64,000 nucleotides of DNA from Spirochaetia bacterium (GTDB lineage Bacteria > Spirochaetota > Spirochaetia > DSM-2461): contig CAXXIA010000003.1 of assembly GCA_963666985.2 (NCBI GenBank), positions 135,792-199,791 on the forward strand, read 5' to 3'. The translations under genes and the position numbers were made by a program. Below the pieces are notes generated by a model. It did not search any database. It was not told where the DNA came from and saw only the letters and a program-made list of their open reading frames with translations. The stretch's first letter is position 1; each line of letters begins with the position of its first letter. This document shows positions 49,507-59,321 of this stretch, piece by piece.

Positions 49507-49697
49507 AAACGCACAATCAATAATTTTGAGCTTACCTATTGTAGCCGGATTCGGTTGATATCCAGAACAGCCGAAGACTGAAGAAATCGGATGTCCTCGG
49601 TGAACGAACGGGTTAAAACGATCTTCCGAATCGGGATTTCCACGAAGTGATAAACCGGATTTCCTATCCGGATAATTTACGTAAAGGGAGAAGTCAA

Positions 49698-51062
49698 ATG
49701 AGAAAATTGGGTATTATTGCCGCGGTATTGATGCTGACGGCCGGTATGGTTTTCGCAGGCGGCGGCGGAGAAAGTGCTTCCGCATCCTCCGGCGGGATTT
49801 CCGTTAACGGCCTTGCCTACACGGGAGACCTTGAAATCATGCATTTTTCCACCTCCGAAGAAGCGGAAGGCAACGGAGGATCGGACGGATTCAGAACCGT
49901 TCTTGCCCGCTGGGATGAGGAAGAAGGGAAGATTAATCTGGTTCAAACCATCCTGGCCAATGATGAGTATAAAAAACAGATTGCCGTTCTGGCGGCCGCC
50001 GATGATCTTCCGGATGTATTCCTTCTGCAGGGAATGAATACAAAAGCCTGGGCCGCTCAGGGACTGGTTCTCGACATGACCAAAATCATCAAGAACTCTC
50101 CGTACTATGCCCAGTATGACCACCCCAAATTCTATCCTTTCGAATCCGAAGGAAAAACGTACGGTCTGCCCGTGCTGACCGGCGGCACTTGCTGTGTCGT
50201 TGTTTATGATTCCAAACTTTGGAAAGAAGCCGGATTTTCGGCATTCCCGGAAACTTGGGCCGATGTCAAAAAAGCCGACCGATTTTTCAACGACAAAGGA
50301 ATCGACACCATTTCGTTTGGCAACAGCGGTAAATGGCAGATTAATTCCTGCTTCCTTTCCACGATTGGCAACCGCTTCACCGGAGGCGACTGGACTCACT
50401 CTCTTATTGAAAAAAAGGGTGCCGCTTTTACGGATAAGCCGTTTGTCGACGCGCTTAAATTCACACAGCAAATCTTTGCATCCGGTATTTTCAACCCTGA
50501 TTTCAATGCCGTAAACAACGAAGATGCCCGCGAATACTATATCGCCGGAGATTCGGCGGCGTTTATCGGAGGCAACTGGGATGTTTCCTATATTCAGGCA
50601 ACCTTAAAAGAATCCGATCCGGAACTCTATAAAACCACGAAATTTGCGGTTCTTCCCCAGCCGGAAGGCGCTACCGGCGATTACAAAACCCACGACATCG
50701 GTTTGGGCTACGCCGTAGCCATCAATGCCAAGCTGGCAGACAATCCGGAGAAATTGGCAGCGGCCGTCAGTCTGGCTCAGGAAATTACAGGCCCGGACTT
50801 CGCTTCCTATGTTGCCGAAAATTACGCTCTGGGAGGTCTGACGAAAGTTGCGAATATTGATCTGAGTAAATTTGATCAGTCAATTCAGGATTTCTATAAC
50901 TTTTCATATGTTGATAACAAAGCCTGCGATATCTACGATTCCTATATTTCCAGCGCCGTTTGGGATGTGCTGAATACCGATCTTCAAACGATGATTAACG
51001 GAGATATCGATCCTAAGAAAGTGGCTGAAAACGCTCAAGCCGCCTACATTGCCAATTATTAA
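49698..51062 (+). CDS. ABC sugar-binding protein (family 1)
   Basis: Start MRKLG with GGGAG Shine-Dalgarno; signal peptide; [18 protein letters not shown]. Confidence 0.92.
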   Translation: MRKLGIIAAVLMLTAGMVFAGGGGESASASSGGISVNGLAYTGDLEIMHFSTSEEAEGNGGSDGFRTVLARWDEEEGKINLVQTILANDEYKKQIAVLAAADDLPDVFLLQGMNTKAWAAQGLVLDMTKIIKNSPYYAQYDHPKFYPFESEGKTYGLPVLTGGTCCVVVYDSKLWKEAGFSAFPETWADVKKADRFFNDKGIDTISFGNSGKWQINSCFLSTIGNRFTGGDWTHSLIEKKGAAFTDKPFVDALKFTQQIFASGIFNPDFNAVNNEDAREYYIAGDSAAFIGGNWDVSYIQATLKESDPELYKTTKFAVLPQPEGATGDYKTHDIGLGYAVAINAKLADNPEKLAAAVSLAQEITGPDFASYVAENYALGGLTKVANIDLSKFDQSIQDFYNFSYVDNKACDIYDSYISSAVWDVLNTDLQTMINGDIDPKKVAENAQAAYIANY

Positions 51063-51088
51063 GGATTACGAGTAATCCAAACCATTTT

Positions 51089-51136
51089 CAGGGAAGCCCG
51101 CCGGAATCTTCAGGCGGGCGTTCCCTGTTGTTTTTT
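51089..51136 (+). terminator. Intra-operon stem-loop with T-tail after the SBP gene
   Basis: CAGGGAAGCCCGCC...GGCGGGCGTTCCCTG followed by TTGTTTTTT. Confidence 0.6.
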
Positions 51137-51149
51137 GAAGGAACTTGAG

Positions 51150-52046
51150 ATGCTAACAGCGATAAAGCCGCGCAGACGTACAATTTTTCTTTATTTACTG
51201 ATTCCTACGGCTGTTTATATTTTTGTCGTTTTCATACCCCTGCTCACGGCATGTTTCTACAGCTTTTTCGAATGGAAAGGGGGACCGAACAAAACATTTA
51301 TCGGTTTTCAGAACTACGCCTATCTTCTGAAGGATAAGGTTTTCTGGGAATCCTTTTACCATAATCTCTACATTGTCGCGGCCTGTATTCTGGGACAGGT
51401 GGGGATCGCTTTCGTTTTCGCCCTGATGATTAATTCCCGATCCGTCGGCCTGAAAGGCGTTCACCGTACGTTCTGTTTTTTTCCCAATACGATTTCCGCG
51501 GTTTCCATCGGATTTATCTGGACCATGATTTACGATTACAGAAGAGGCCTCATCAACTGGTTTCTGGAACTTATCGGACATCCCGAGATGATAAAGGTCT
51601 GGCTCAATGAACCGAAAGTGGTGATGCCGCTAATCTCAATCCCTCTTATCTGGCAGTACATCGGTTTCTATATGGTCATTATCATTTCGGCCATCGCTTC
51701 CATCGATAAAGAGATTTTCGAAGTTGCCGAGCTCGACGGAGCCAATGCCTTTCAAAGGGCGATACACATTGTTCTGCCTCTTATAAAAAATACTCTGCTG
51801 GTTTGCGTCACCCTATGCATAGCCGGAAACATGAAGGTTTTTGATCATATTTTCGTCATGACGGCCGGAGGACCGGGAAATGCCTCCAACGTTATGGCTC
51901 TCTACGGCTATAAGGTGTCGTTCGATCAGCAGAACATGGGATATGGAACGGCCATATCCCTGGCGATCTTTATTCTCAGCATGACCGTCATAGGGGGCTC
52001 GCAGGGTTTGGTAAAGCGTCTGACGAAAGAGAAGGAGACGGTTTGA
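51150..52046 (+). CDS. Carbohydrate ABC permease (MalF-like)
   Basis: FIGFQNY, EVAELDGA, TAGGPG. Confidence 0.92.
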   Translation: MLTAIKPRRRTIFLYLLIPTAVYIFVVFIPLLTACFYSFFEWKGGPNKTFIGFQNYAYLLKDKVFWESFYHNLYIVAACILGQVGIAFVFALMINSRSVGLKGVHRTFCFFPNTISAVSIGFIWTMIYDYRRGLINWFLELIGHPEMIKVWLNEPKVVMPLISIPLIWQYIGFYMVIIISAIASIDKEIFEVAELDGANAFQRAIHIVLPLIKNTLLVCVTLCIAGNMKVFDHIFVMTAGGPGNASNVMALYGYKVSFDQQNMGYGTAISLAIFILSMTVIGGSQGLVKRLTKEKETV

Positions 52047-52047
52047 G

Positions 52048-52938
52048 ATGAACAGCATCACAGAAAGGAACATTAAAACCGCCGAATCGGATAATTGGCT
52101 TCATGCGGCCGGAAGGACATTGAATTCGATCCTGCTGAACGGGATTCTTATACTTTTCTCCTTTACATGCATTTTCCCTCTTATCTGGCTTTTTTATTCG
52201 TCTTTAAAACTGAAACGCGACTTTAACGCCAATGTTGTGGGGCTGCCGAAGTCTCCGACTTTTTTCAACTTTAAAAGAATCATGATCAATCCGGACTATC
52301 ATATCTGGTCGTCCATGTTCAACAGCGCCAGAAATACAGTCCTTTCCGTATTGCTCATCATTATCTGCGGCTACATCATCGGATACATTCTGGCCAGAAT
52401 CCGATTCAAAGGAAATCTGCCGATTAAGCTGATGTTCCTTCTCGGACTGGTGATTCCGACTTACTCCCTTATGGTTCCCATATACGTTCTTTTTTCCAAT
52501 CTGGGGATTTCCAACAAGTGGTATACGCTGATTATTCCCTATCTGGCCTTCGGTCTTCCCATCGCCATTTTTCTGGTTGACGGATACATCAAAGGCATTC
52601 CCAAGGAATTGGAAGAGGCGGCGGCCATAGACGGAAGCAGTTTCTCAAGAACTCTTTTTCAAATCATTATGCCCATAGCAAAACCGATTCTCGTTACGGT
52701 AGGAATCATACAGACTTTTACCTGCTGGAACGAGTTTGTTTTTGCTCTGCTTCTCATAAAAGACCAGAGGATTCAGACCGTTCCTCTCGCAATGACGCAG
52801 TTTACCGGGCAATTTTCCTCGGATTATCCGAAAATCATGGCGGCCCTTCTCATAACGATGAGTCCCGTTGTTATTTTTTACTTTGTTTTCAGCCGCAATA
52901 TTATTAAAGGCATGGTTACCGGTGCCGTTAAAGGCTAA
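52048..52938 (+). CDS. Carbohydrate ABC permease (MalG-like)
   Basis: LEEAAAIDG, WNEF, C-terminal GAVKG. Confidence 0.92.
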   Translation: MNSITERNIKTAESDNWLHAAGRTLNSILLNGILILFSFTCIFPLIWLFYSSLKLKRDFNANVVGLPKSPTFFNFKRIMINPDYHIWSSMFNSARNTVLSVLLIIICGYIIGYILARIRFKGNLPIKLMFLLGLVIPTYSLMVPIYVLFSNLGISNKWYTLIIPYLAFGLPIAIFLVDGYIKGIPKELEEAAAIDGSSFSRTLFQIIMPIAKPILVTVGIIQTFTCWNEFVFALLLIKDQRIQTVPLAMTQFTGQFSSDYPKIMAALLITMSPVVIFYFVFSRNIIKGMVTGAVKG

Positions 52939-53288
52939 AGATGCGGCGCGCAGGCCCAAACGGCAACGGAGGTTTCGTCCCCGACATTAACCGAATAATG
53001 GGCCGCTCCCGGAGGAATAAGAAGCGCATCGCCTTTTTTGAGCCGGAATGATTCATCCGTATCGGGCAGCTGCAGAATAAGAGTGCCTTGAGTAACGTAA
53101 ACAATTTCATCGGCACCCTCATGTCCCTTATCCAAACACGCTTTTTGTCCCGGAAGAAGCGTACTGACCGAAAAAACCAGTTTGTCCGTATGGGCGTATA
53201 TTTGCGTACATTCTTCGCCCTCCATGATAAACCGGCCTTCTCCTTCCCTAATCAGCATGGGTTTCGCTGTTTCCCGACCTTGCATCAC
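52935..53288 (-). CDS. Cupin-domain protein
   Basis: H.GADEIVYVTQG and GDALLIPPGAAH cupin motifs; AGGAG Shine-Dalgarno. Confidence 0.82.
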   Translation of the reverse strand: MMQGRETAKPMLIREGEGRFIMEGEECTQIYAHTDKLVFSVSTLLPGQKACLDKGHEGADEIVYVTQGTLILQLPDTDESFRLKKGDALLIPPGAAHYSVNVGDETSVAVWACAPHL

Positions 53289-53396
53289 TTTTTCTCCTTC
53301 CTGACGAACCGGTCACCGGCTTTTAACAATACCGATTTCTATGGACACGTTCCGTTTTATTATGACACTGTTAATATGTACCGGGAGGTGACTCTC

Positions 53397-54164
53397 ATGA
53401 ATCGTTTTCCAAAAAATATCCTGATCATCCAAGCGCATCCGGACGATGCCGAATCATGGAGCGCCGGCACTTTGGCCATTATGGCCGAAAAAGGCTGGAA
53501 AATCACCATCGCCACGATGACATCCGGAGGCATGGGCGGAGTCGATACAAACGAAGCGGAAACAGTCGCCCTAAGGGAGAAGGAAGCCGCGGCCGCCGCG
53601 GCCGAAATCGGAGCCGATTATTACAGCCTGCGCCGCCGGGACGGATTTCTCTTTGATGACGAATCGGTTCGTCTCGATACCATAGCCCTGATGCGGAAGG
53701 TTAACGCCGGAATCGTCATTACCCATCCGCCCTTCGATTACCACCAGGATCACCGAACCACCTGTGTGATTACGGATGCGGCCGTTATGCTCTCCTCTTT
53801 GGACAACATCCCCTGCGGTGAATCTCCTCTGGAGATTACGCCTCTTTTTTATCACGGCATGCCCATGAATCTGACCGACCCTCTCGGGAACCCCACGCCG
53901 GAGCCTCATTTTTTCGTGGATATTTCCGGAAGTCCCATCGAAAAAAAGATCGCCATGCTCGCACGGCACAAATCCCAGAAGGAGCTGATGCGGCAAATGC
54001 ATAAAATCGACGATTTCTTCGGCGAGATGAAAAAATTCAATGCCGAACTCGGAGCCATGGTTGGAGTTGAGCACGCCGAATGTTACTGGCAGCATCTGGG
54101 CGGCGGCTTTCAGAGAGATCCGCTTCTCCAGGAAGAACTGGGGATGCGGATTCGCCATCGATAG
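53397..54164 (+). CDS. PIG-L/LmbE-family N-acetyl-sugar deacetylase
   Basis: AHPDDAE and DYHQDH metal motifs, KIAMLARHKSQ; GGAGGTG Shine-Dalgarno before MNRFP. Confidence 0.9.
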   Translation: MNRFPKNILIIQAHPDDAESWSAGTLAIMAEKGWKITIATMTSGGMGGVDTNEAETVALREKEAAAAAAEIGADYYSLRRRDGFLFDDESVRLDTIALMRKVNAGIVITHPPFDYHQDHRTTCVITDAAVMLSSLDNIPCGESPLEITPLFYHGMPMNLTDPLGNPTPEPHFFVDISGSPIEKKIAMLARHKSQKELMRQMHKIDDFFGEMKKFNAELGAMVGVEHAECYWQHLGGGFQRDPLLQEELGMRIRHR

Positions 54165-54221
54165 TCCTCGCTATTTCGCGCTGCGAAACAGCTGTTGTAG
54201 GCCCGCTAAAAGGAGATGCAG

Positions 54222-55232
54222 ATGAATACGAAAGAAGAACGATATACACGATTCGCCCTTTGCAGGGAAATGCTGGAAGCACCGGACATCCTGCGCCGGT
54301 TCAATCCGTCGGCCGCCGAACCATTGGCGGCGGCTCTTCGGGGCGCCGAAGAGATTCTCCTCACCGGTGAAGGCTCCAGCCGAATCTTCCCAGCGAAGAG
54401 GGAGCGGGCCGCCGCGTTGAGAAGTCCCGGCGGCAGAATCCCTCTGACCGAAGGCTGCACTCAGGCCATGGAATATTCACTTGAGAACACAGGCGTTCTG
54501 GGAGCTTCCAATTCCGGCCGCACGAAAGAATTGATCCGCCTCTTCAAATCCCTCAAAGCCGCCGGTCATAAAAGGCTTTGCGGAATTACCGCCAATCCGG
54601 GTACCCCTCTGGAAGAAACGGCCGCATGCACATTGGTACTCGGATGCGGTCCGGAAGAAGCGGTTGCCGCGACAAAAAGCGTTATGGAACAGGCCCTCGT
54701 GGTTCAGGCCGTTTCGGCGGCTTTGAGCGGCAAGGAATTCCCGGATCTTAAAGGCGGCGCCGATGCACTCGAGGCCGCCCTGAACGCCGCCGTTCCGAAC
54801 GATTTCGCCGACGCCCTGGCCCATGCGGACACAATCTTTTTCGCCGGCCGCAACGACGGCGTGGCCGAAGAACTCACCCTGAAAACCAATGAAATCGTCC
54901 GTAAGAAATCGGATTTTCTGGAAGGAACCTACGCCGCGCACGGCATTGAGGAAATCATGTCGAAAAATGACGTGGTTGTTCTCGTGAACCCCTTCGCGGA
55001 AGAAGAAGCAAAACTCAATGCCTGCCTCCGGGAGGGTGTCGGGGTGACCATCCTGGCCATCGCCGACAGAGAAACCATGTTTCCGACGCTCCGCGTTCCG
55101 TCCGTTTCCCATTTTCAGGAATACGTTCTGCTGGCCGCCGGCTGGAATCTTCTCGTTGCGGCGGGACTGGCCGCGGGCGTGAATCTGGACAAACCGGTTC
55201 GGGCGAGAAAAGTCGGAAACGAAGTGGAATAA
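54222..55232 (+). CDS. Double-SIS sugar-phosphate isomerase/deaminase (GlmS isomerase-like, no glutaminase domain)
   Basis: GEGSS, SNSGRTKE, E.AVAATKS, ELTLKTNE, HG; C-tail NLDKPVRARKVG. Confidence 0.85.
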   Translation: MNTKEERYTRFALCREMLEAPDILRRFNPSAAEPLAAALRGAEEILLTGEGSSRIFPAKRERAAALRSPGGRIPLTEGCTQAMEYSLENTGVLGASNSGRTKELIRLFKSLKAAGHKRLCGITANPGTPLEETAACTLVLGCGPEEAVAATKSVMEQALVVQAVSAALSGKEFPDLKGGADALEAALNAAVPNDFADALAHADTIFFAGRNDGVAEELTLKTNEIVRKKSDFLEGTYAAHGIEEIMSKNDVVVLVNPFAEEEAKLNACLREGVGVTILAIADRETMFPTLRVPSVSHFQEYVLLAAGWNLLVAAGLAAGVNLDKPVRARKVGNEVE

Positions 55233-55384
55233 CGCGCGGCCGCGCCGATACAATCGGTTTCCGATTGAGCCGCGGACTTAAACACGTTTTTCCCGGCCGG
55301 AATCCGCGCCTTTCGAAGTTTATACCGACGGAAAGCACCGAACTTGACATATTCCCGCCGTCCTTCGGGAGGTATACTTTACAT

Positions 55385-57607
55385 ATGAGTGAAGTACGCC
55401 TGGCACCTTTGAAAGAACTCGGATTCAATTTTGGCCCCGCCGGAGAGAGAGCGCGTCCGATGCCCTTCGGAACGTCTCCGGATGATTGGCGGCCTCTTAA
55501 AAAAGCTGAAATTGCGGTTTTGGAACAAGGCGGCAGTTTCGCGGACGACTGGTCCAATATCAAAGTAAAAGAAGGATTCGATCCTACCCGCGTAAGAGAC
55601 TGCCGGTTTTACGGCCCGGTTCATCTGGGGGCTCTTTCCCGCTCCGTTCTTGAATATCACGACCTCATGCTGCCGGTCGGTTTGTATTCTTCTACGGTAG
55701 TGGCCTGCGACATCGGTGATGATGTCGCGCTGCACAATGTTAATTACATAGCGCATTACATCGTCGGCGAGCGGTGCATGCTTTTCAACGTCAATGAAAT
55801 GATCACCACCGATCATGCGAAATTCGGCAACGGCGTAGTGATGGACGGCGAGAACGAAGGGGTGCGCATCTGGCTGGAAATCGCCAATGAAAACGGCGGA
55901 CGGAAGGTTCTGCCCTTCGACGGCATGCTTCCCTCGGATGCCTGGATTTGGTCGAAATTCCGGGACGATACAATCTTAATGAACCGCTTTATCGAAATGA
56001 CGGAGAAGGTTCACAGTTCCGAACGCGGTCATTACGGAAGTATCGGATCGGAGTCGATTATCAAAGACTGCCGGATTCTGAAAGATGTCCGCATCGGGGA
56101 ATCCGCTTATATCAAAGGCTGTAATAAGCTTAAGAATCTTACGGTCAACAGCGACTCGGAGAGACCTTCTCAGCTGGGAGAAGGCAGTGAATTGGTGAAC
56201 GGCATCATCGGTTACGGCTGCCATATCTTTTACGGAGTGAAAGCCGTCCGCTTCATCCTCGGTGATCATTCGGCCTTAAAATACGGAGCCCGGCTTATCA
56301 ACTCAATCCTCGGCCCCAATTCCACCATCAGCTGCTGCGAAGTTCTCAATTCCCTTCTTTTCGGATCTCACGAGCAGCATCACAACTCATCCTTCCTCTG
56401 CGCCGCGGTCTATAAAGGGCAGAGCAACATGGCCTCGGCGGCCACCGTGGGTTCAAACCATAATTCCCGGGCCTCCGACGGTGAAGTCGTCGCGGAAAGA
56501 GGTTTCTGGCCCGGCTTGAGCGTGAGCCTCAAACACAATTCCCGTTTCGCCGCCTTCACTCTCATCGCCAAAGGAGCGTATCCGGCAGAACTCGACATTC
56601 CCCTTCCCTTCTGCCTTGTTTCCAACGACGAAACATCCGGGGAACTGGTTCTGATGCCCGCCTACTGGTTCCGATACAACATGTACGCCCTGGCCCGGAA
56701 CAGCGCGAAGACCGCTTCCCGGGACAAGAGGATCGTGAAGCATCAGAACTTGGAATTCGATTGGCTGGCCCCGGATACAATCGGCCAGATGATCAAGGCC
56801 CGCACTCTTCTGGAAGCCTGGGCCGGCGAATCGGAGAACGTCGCCGCCGGCCGGTATCCCTCGGGACGCGGCCTGCTGGAGACCAATGATGACGCGATAC
56901 TTCACGGCGGCGCCTCTTCTTATCGTGTGGAAGCCGGCCGGCGGCCCGTACGCATCCTCCATGCAGGACGGGCCTGGAAAGACTACGGACGAATCATCCG
57001 ATACGCCCTGGTAAAAACACTTACCGAATCGGCGGGAAACCCGAGAGAAGCCGCCGCTGCATTCAAAGAAGCATTGACGGCGGCTGCGGAGGGAACCTCC
57101 CGAATCGAGAATCCTCCTTCTCCCTCGCCATGGACCAATATCGGCGGTCAGCTTATAACCGTTGGGGACCTTGAAAATCTGAAAGAGAAAATACGGAACG
57201 GAAGCATCGCCGACTGGGATGCGGTGCATCAGGCTTACCGGGATATCGGCGCGGCTTATCCTGTTCAAAAGACGGATTATGCCCGAACCGTTCTGGCCTA
57301 TTGTCTGAATACCGGATGTTTGCCGGAAAATGAAGCATCGGCGGATAACCGCGGGAACGGCTCCGAACGGAGCGTCGGCGCGTGGCTCCGCGAAGCCTCC
57401 GATACCGCATCATTTCTGCTCAACGGGATTTGGGAAAGCCGCCGCAAGGATTACGTGAATCCTTTCAGGAACACGGTCTATGAGAACGAAGAAGAGCGCG
57501 ACGCCGTCCTGGGGAAATTCGAAGAGAACTCATTCATAGAGGAAGCAACCGAGGAGTACACGGATTTCGCGAAGCGTATCGGATATCCGATTATGAAACC
57601 GTTATAG
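55385..57607 (+). CDS. DUF4954-like protein with hexapeptide (left-handed beta-helix-like) repeats
   Basis: KFGNG..NENGGRKV, CCEVLNSL..HEQHHNSSFL, GSNHNSR, PAYW..YNMYALARN; IG..S.I repeat pattern. Family recognised from memory. Confidence 0.75.
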   Translation: MSEVRLAPLKELGFNFGPAGERARPMPFGTSPDDWRPLKKAEIAVLEQGGSFADDWSNIKVKEGFDPTRVRDCRFYGPVHLGALSRSVLEYHDLMLPVGLYSSTVVACDIGDDVALHNVNYIAHYIVGERCMLFNVNEMITTDHAKFGNGVVMDGENEGVRIWLEIANENGGRKVLPFDGMLPSDAWIWSKFRDDTILMNRFIEMTEKVHSSERGHYGSIGSESIIKDCRILKDVRIGESAYIKGCNKLKNLTVNSDSERPSQLGEGSELVNGIIGYGCHIFYGVKAVRFILGDHSALKYGARLINSILGPNSTISCCEVLNSLLFGSHEQHHNSSFLCAAVYKGQSNMASAATVGSNHNSRASDGEVVAERGFWPGLSVSLKHNSRFAAFTLIAKGAYPAELDIPLPFCLVSNDETSGELVLMPAYWFRYNMYALARNSAKTASRDKRIVKHQNLEFDWLAPDTIGQMIKARTLLEAWAGESENVAAGRYPSGRGLLETNDDAILHGGASSYRVEAGRRPVRILHAGRAWKDYGRIIRYALVKTLTESAGNPREAAAAFKEALTAAAEGTSRIENPPSPSPWTNIGGQLITVGDLENLKEKIRNGSIADWDAVHQAYRDIGAAYPVQKTDYARTVLAYCLNTGCLPENEASADNRGNGSERSVGAWLREASDTASFLLNGIWESRRKDYVNPFRNTVYENEEERDAVLGKFEENSFIEEATEEYTDFAKRIGYPIMKPL

Positions 57608-57660
57608 GCGGCTTCATAAGGTCTCCGGCGAAATCCATCTTCAGCGGACCGCTGTTCAAC

Positions 57661-57717
57661 TTGACATTACCGGGTTCCATCGATAAGCTATGACCATATC
57701 GACTATTTTAGTCATAG
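57661..57717 (+). promoter_or_regulatory. Sigma70 promoter with overlapping TetR-type inverted repeat
   Basis: TTGACA-17-TAAGCT; CTATGAC(57688)-N16-GTCATAG(57717). Confidence 0.65.
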
Positions 57718-57753
57718 AGTCATTCTTATTTTAAGGAGTCTCGGGAGACAATA

Positions 57754-58467
57754 ATGACACGTGCATTCGACGATACCGAGAAAAGAACCGTTACCGAAGC
57801 CCTTCTGGATTCCGGTGAAGAACTTTTCGGAAAGCTGGGCTTTGCGAAAACCGCCGTTGAAGACATTACCCGCGATGCGGGAGTGGCGAAAGGAACCTTT
57901 TACACGTTCTGGCCTTCCAAGGAGGCTTTTTTCTTCTCCTGTTTGGAACGGGCGGAAATTCGATTTCAAAACGAAGTGGTGAATCCGGCCTTTGAACGGG
58001 CCGCTCATCCCGCGGAAGCTTTGGGCAGGCTTATTTCCGAAACATTCTCCCGTCTGGGCGATTATCCCCTTATCAGAACGGCGCTGGATATCGATCTGAT
58101 TCGGCGATTATCCCGGAAACTTCCCCAAGAAACTCTTGAGAGGCATCAGCAGATCGATCGTAACGAATTCCGCGAGATTACCTCTTCCTGGGATTCCGAT
58201 GTTTTCGATCCGGGGATTTCTCCCGAGGTTTTCGACGGGATATTCAAAGGTCTGATCATGATGAGCCTGCACCGGGACATCATCGGCGAAGACATCTACG
58301 AGGAAGTGGCAAAAACAATGTCCGAAGTAATGAGCGCCGGCCTGAAGACGCTCTCCGATGAAAGAAAGCGCCGCGGAGCAGAAACGGACCAAGGGCGGAA
58401 GAAGAAGACTCGGCCGAAGACTCAGCCGGCGGGTCAACAGCCGGATAAGCGAGGAGGAAAGCTATGA
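57754..58467 (+). CDS. TetR/AcrR-family regulator
   Basis: LFGKLGFAKTAVEDITRDAGVAKGTFYTFWPSKE. Confidence 0.93.
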   Translation: MTRAFDDTEKRTVTEALLDSGEELFGKLGFAKTAVEDITRDAGVAKGTFYTFWPSKEAFFFSCLERAEIRFQNEVVNPAFERAAHPAEALGRLISETFSRLGDYPLIRTALDIDLIRRLSRKLPQETLERHQQIDRNEFREITSSWDSDVFDPGISPEVFDGIFKGLIMMSLHRDIIGEDIYEEVAKTMSEVMSAGLKTLSDERKRRGAETDQGRKKKTRPKTQPAGQQPDKRGGKL

Positions 58468-59321
58468 ACGTTTCAGCGAGAGGGGTCAGTTTCGCCTACC
58501 CAAAGGCGAAAAGCAATGCCCTGAACGGGCTGGATTTCGACATTCACGAAGGAGAAATCTTCGGATTCCTCGGCCCTTCGGGTGCCGGGAAAAGCACGAC
58601 GCTGGGCATCCTGACCGGAACCCTCACGGGCTGGTCGGGAGAAGTGACCGTCGGCGGGATTCATCCGGCCGAGGCCGATCGAGGTTTTTATCGCTCCATC
58701 GGCGTCTGCTTCGAGTCGCCGCGGTTTCACGAAAAATTCAGTGCCCGGGAGAACCTGAACCTCTTCGGAGCCCTGTACGGGAAAGAACTCCGGAATATGG
58801 ACGATCTCCTCAGCCGTGTTGGATTGGGCAATGATGCGGACAAAAAAGTCGAGGCTTTCTCGAAAGGAATGAAAACCCGCCTTTCCCTGGTTCGCTCTCT
58901 GCTCCATAATCCCGATCTTCTGTTCCTCGACGAGCCCACCAACGGCCTCGATCCGACCCTTTCGCGGACGGTCTGCGAGCTGATTCTCGAAGAGCGAGAT
59001 CGCGGAAAAACGGTCTTTTTAACCACCCATGACATGAGTACGGCACACACTCTCTGTGATCGTGTCGGATTCCTGACCGAGGGGAAACTCTCCGCGGTCG
59101 ACTCCCCCACCGACTTGGCGCTGCGTTTCGGAGAACACGCGGTAAGAGTGGAACGGCGGGAAGGAGAGCACCGTGAGCGGCAGGATTTTCCTTTGGATGG
59201 TCTTGCGGAAAATAAGGACTTTTTGTCTCTCCTGCGTACCGGTGAGGAATTAACGCTTCACAGCCGGGAGGCGGGATTGGATGAGATCTTCCGCAGAGTC
59301 ACCGGGAGGTCGCTCTCATGA
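58464..59321 (+). CDS. ABC exporter ATP-binding protein (Rv2688c-like)
   Basis: GPSGAGKST, FSKGM, LFLDEPT, TTH; C-terminal LDGLA..LHSREAGLDEIF..VTGR. Confidence 0.9.
   Translation: MNVSARGVSFAYPKAKSNALNGLDFDIHEGEIFGFLGPSGAGKSTTLGILTGTLTGWSGEVTVGGIHPAEADRGFYRSIGVCFESPRFHEKFSARENLNLFGALYGKELRNMDDLLSRVGLGNDADKKVEAFSKGMKTRLSLVRSLLHNPDLLFLDEPTNGLDPTLSRTVCELILEERDRGKTVFLTTHDMSTAHTLCDRVGFLTEGKLSAVDSPTDLALRFGEHAVRVERREGEHRERQDFPLDGLAENKDFLSLLRTGEELTLHSREAGLDEIFRRVTGRSLS

Noticed and set aside
53088..53396. N-terminal 103-aa extension of the PIG-L ORF
   Set aside because: It overlaps the divergent cupin gene; a strong GGAGGTG site supports the start at 53397.
54165..55232. glmS gene with glmS ribozyme
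   Set aside because: The protein lacks the N-terminal Cys glutaminase domain, and the ~55-bp upstream gap is too short for the ribozyme.
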